Assembly: GCA_013696015.1 (NCBI GenBank)
Contig: JACCZI010000133.1
Coordinates: 1-37,222, forward strand
DNA: 37,222 bases
DNA from: Nocardioidaceae bacterium
GTDB taxonomy: Bacteria > Actinomycetota > Actinomycetes > Propionibacteriales > Nocardioidaceae
Direction: 5' to 3'
In this document: positions 35,166 to 37,222 of the stretch, one piece after another
Layout: every line of letters begins with the position of its first letter
Position numbering within the stretch: position 1 is the stretch's first letter
The notes under the pieces: model-generated
Databases searched by the model: none
What the model saw: the letters and a program-made list of their open reading frames with translations, nothing else
Told to the model about the DNA's origin: nothing
Position numbers and translations under genes: made by a program

Positions 35166-36463
35166 GCGGGGACCCCGTCGACGATCCCGTTGATGGCAGG
35201 GGCCTTCGTCGATCGCTGGTGCACGTGGGCAGCGCACGCACTCAGCCCCGCAGCGATCATCACGACCGTGAGTCCGGCCCCCAAGAATCCGTAGTAGAAC
35301 ACCTCGATCAGGGCCATCACGAGAACAGCATGGAGCCACAGGCCGCTCGTGGTCGGTGGCCGGGCCGAGAGCAGGCAGCCCACGAGCAGCCAGACGACGA
35401 AGAACGCAGCACCCGGGAAGCCGTGCGAGAACAGCACCATCCAGAACTGCCCCTGCGTGCCTACCGCCGGTTCGCCTGGCGAGATCGCCGGGCGTGGGGC
35501 ACCCTGACCGAACAACGGGCTGGCAACGGTGCCTTCGACCGCCTGCTCGTAGACGCTCAACCGGGTCTCGTTCGTCGAGCTGCTGTCCAACCGCTGCTGC
35601 AACAGGTCACCGACAGGCGTCGCTGTGACGGCGAACAGCCCAACCGCCACCAGCACCCCGAGAGCTGCGATCCCCGCACCAGACCCCCGGAGCGCAAGCC
35701 GGATCCCTACATAGCCGAGCCCGACCCCTAGTGCGAGGAACATGCCGCGGTTGAGGGTGAGCAGCGCCGGCACCAGCGAGGCTGCCACGGCGAGGGTCAC
35801 CAGCAGTCGGCGCCAGCTGCCACGCGGCAGACCGCTGAAGAAGACGAACACGAACGGCAGGAGGAGGGAGTACGCGACGCCCCAGTTGTTGGTGTAGGCA
35901 AACGGTGCGCTCGGTCGTGAAGGGACGCCGAGGTCTTCGCCGCCCTGCTGCGCGAAGGCGGGCGTGATCATCTCGGCGATGACCTCGTTGCTCGCCAGAC
36001 CGGGGGGGACCACCTGTGCCACGGGGGTTGTGAGCACCACGTCGGGGAGCAACACGCCCAGGTAACCGCCGACGACGACCACGACCCACAAGGCCGTCAG
36101 CGCTCCGGCCACCCGGTGCCACGACAGGCCGCGCAGCGCGAGGTTGTAGGCGTACAACAGGATCACCGTTGCCGACAGGTAGAGCAGGGCGCGAAAGCAG
36201 AAGCCAAGAAGTCGCCCGGCCGTGTCGATCTGGATCACCGACGCCGACATCCAGACCACGAAGAGAAGCCACAGGGCAAACCCAGGCGGGGTCCGTATCG
36301 GGCGGCTGGCAACGAGATGGGCCGTCATCGGTACCGCTGCGATCATCCAGGCGAAGTCGCGACCGCCTAGCAGCAGGCACAGCGGCAGCAGCCACGCCAG
36401 CGACCACATCGGCCACATGGGCAGGTGACGCACCTGCGGCTGCGTCCGCACGGTTCCGGCCAC
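35162..36463 (-). CDS. O-antigen ligase/polymerase-like membrane protein (Wzy_C family)
   Basis: 433-aa polytopic protein with LTLNRGMFLALGVG, RLSVYEQAVEGTVASPLFGQG and FWMVLFSHGFPGAAFF, in the usual order of Wzy_C motifs. Confidence 0.7.
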   Translation of the reverse strand: MAGTVRTQPQVRHLPMWPMWSLAWLLPLCLLLGGRDFAWMIAAVPMTAHLVASRPIRTPPGFALWLLFVVWMSASVIQIDTAGRLLGFCFRALLYLSATVILLYAYNLALRGLSWHRVAGALTALWVVVVVGGYLGVLLPDVVLTTPVAQVVPPGLASNEVIAEMITPAFAQQGGEDLGVPSRPSAPFAYTNNWGVAYSLLLPFVFVFFSGLPRGSWRRLLVTLAVAASLVPALLTLNRGMFLALGVGLGYVGIRLALRGSGAGIAALGVLVAVGLFAVTATPVGDLLQQRLDSSSTNETRLSVYEQAVEGTVASPLFGQGAPRPAISPGEPAVGTQGQFWMVLFSHGFPGAAFFVVWLLVGCLLSARPPTTSGLWLHAVLVMALIEVFYYGFLGAGLTVVMIAAGLSACAAHVHQRSTKAPAINGIVDGVPA

Positions 36464-36470
36464 CGGAAGG

Positions 36471-37222
36471 TCAGATGCCTCGACCGGCGCGGTGCGCCAG
36501 CCTGACGACGGTCTCGTTGGTGACCAGACCGGTGCAGCAGAGCAGTGCGACGTAGGCGCGCGGCTCGGTCCGGCGGTGGCTCAAGGCGCGGCGAGCCCAG
36601 CTACGCGCCGCGCGGGTATCGCCCAGCCCGGCCTGGGCGAAGGCGATCTGGCCCTCGATGCGGGCCAGCCCGCGTGGCTGGCGTACGAAGTCGGGGTTGC
36701 GGTCGAGGAGGTCCTGGAGGGCGGACACGATGGTCTGCCAGCGATCGGCGAAGAACGAGGAGGCGTGCCAGTTCACGCGTACCAGAGGCGCCGGTACGGA
36801 CCTGATATCGGTGAACCGGGTCGCCCGCAGCAACCACTCGTAGTCCTCGCCGTACCCGCCAGGGATCGTCTCGTCGACCAGTCCGATCGAGCCCAGCAGG
36901 ACCAGGCGATCGACGAGCACCGTGCACGGGTTGACCTCCATATGACGGTCCTGCAGGAAGTCGTCATGGCTGAGGGGTCGTGGCGGCGGCAGCCGGACCC
37001 GATCTCGACCGCGGAAATGAACCCGGATGCCGGTCGCGACGAGGGCGCTGTTCGTGCTGCGCATCAGGTCGACCTGGGCCCGCAGCTTGCCTGCCAGCCA
37101 CTCGTCGTCGTCGTCACAAAAGGCGATCAGATCCGCCTGGGCAGCCAGGATTCCGCTGTTGCGAGCCCCGGCGAGTCCGGGTGAGCGACCGTTCTGGATG
37201 CAGCGGACGGTACGGCCCGGCC
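36471..37222 (-). CDS. family 2 glycosyltransferase (N-terminus lies beyond the right edge)
   Basis: The track shows only the part from an internal Met (36471..37064). My reverse-strand translation continues in frame to the window end: GRTVRCIQNGRSPGLAGARNSGILAAQADLIAFCDDDDEWLAGKLRAQVDLMRS. This is the classic GT2 pattern (ARN.G, DDDD). Downstream: GGYGEDYEWLLR. Confidence 0.8.
   Translation of the reverse strand, partial: PGRTVRCIQNGRSPGLAGARNSGILAAQADLIAFCDDDDEWLAGKLRAQVDLMRSTNSALVATGIRVHFRGRDRVRLPPPRPLSHDDFLQDRHMEVNPCTVLVDRLVLLGSIGLVDETIPGGYGEDYEWLLRATRFTDIRSVPAPLVRVNWHASSFFADRWQTIVSALQDLLDRNPDFVRQPRGLARIEGQIAFAQAGLGDTRAARSWARRALSHRRTEPRAYVALLCCTGLVTNETVVRLAHRAGRGI

Overview
High-GC (roughly 70%) actinobacterial chromosome segment. 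Most of it is a conserved housekeeping backbone in the gene order I recall for mycobacterial Rv0992c-Rv1019. In order: 5-FTHF cyclo-ligase (partial), UDP-glucose pyrophosphorylase, moeA-moaC-moaB, RimJ-like GNAT, PrmC-related methyltransferase, SepX/GlpR, tRNA-Ala, Pmt, rsmI, metG, tatD, rpfB-ksgA-ispE, MarR/Tam, VOC protein, TetR, then a tRNA-Gln-like gene and glmU-prs-rplY-pth. Two accessory blocks stand out. (1) A visibly lower-GC ~6.3 kb insertion (17388-23654) lies between the TetR gene and tRNA-Gln/glmU. It carries phosphosulfolactate synthase (ComA), phosphosulfolactate phosphatase (ComB) and one long ORF fusing an ATP-grasp ligase to a PAPS-type sulfotransferase. Convergent to these are an apparently frameshifted SAM methyltransferase and a membrane fatty-acid desaturase. 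(2) From 27873 to the right edge runs a Wzx/Wzy-type polysaccharide locus. It has a priming sugar transferase, a secreted GH26-like hydrolase, two further sulfotransferases flanking a kinase-fold protein, a flippase, a polymerase/ligase-like protein and a GT2 (partial). I read the two blocks together as a candidate, so far uncharacterised, sulfonate/sulfate-decorating cell-envelope system; that link is inference from domain content only. Other observations: a ~30-nt repeat family (4 copies) that forms a long hairpin in the desaturase/tRNA-Gln intergenic region, a structurally non-canonical tRNA-Gln, several in-frame coding tandem repeats, and a long rpfB leader. No CRISPR array, integrase or transposase was seen. 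All calls rest on reading the supplied translations and sequence by eye; no searches were run.
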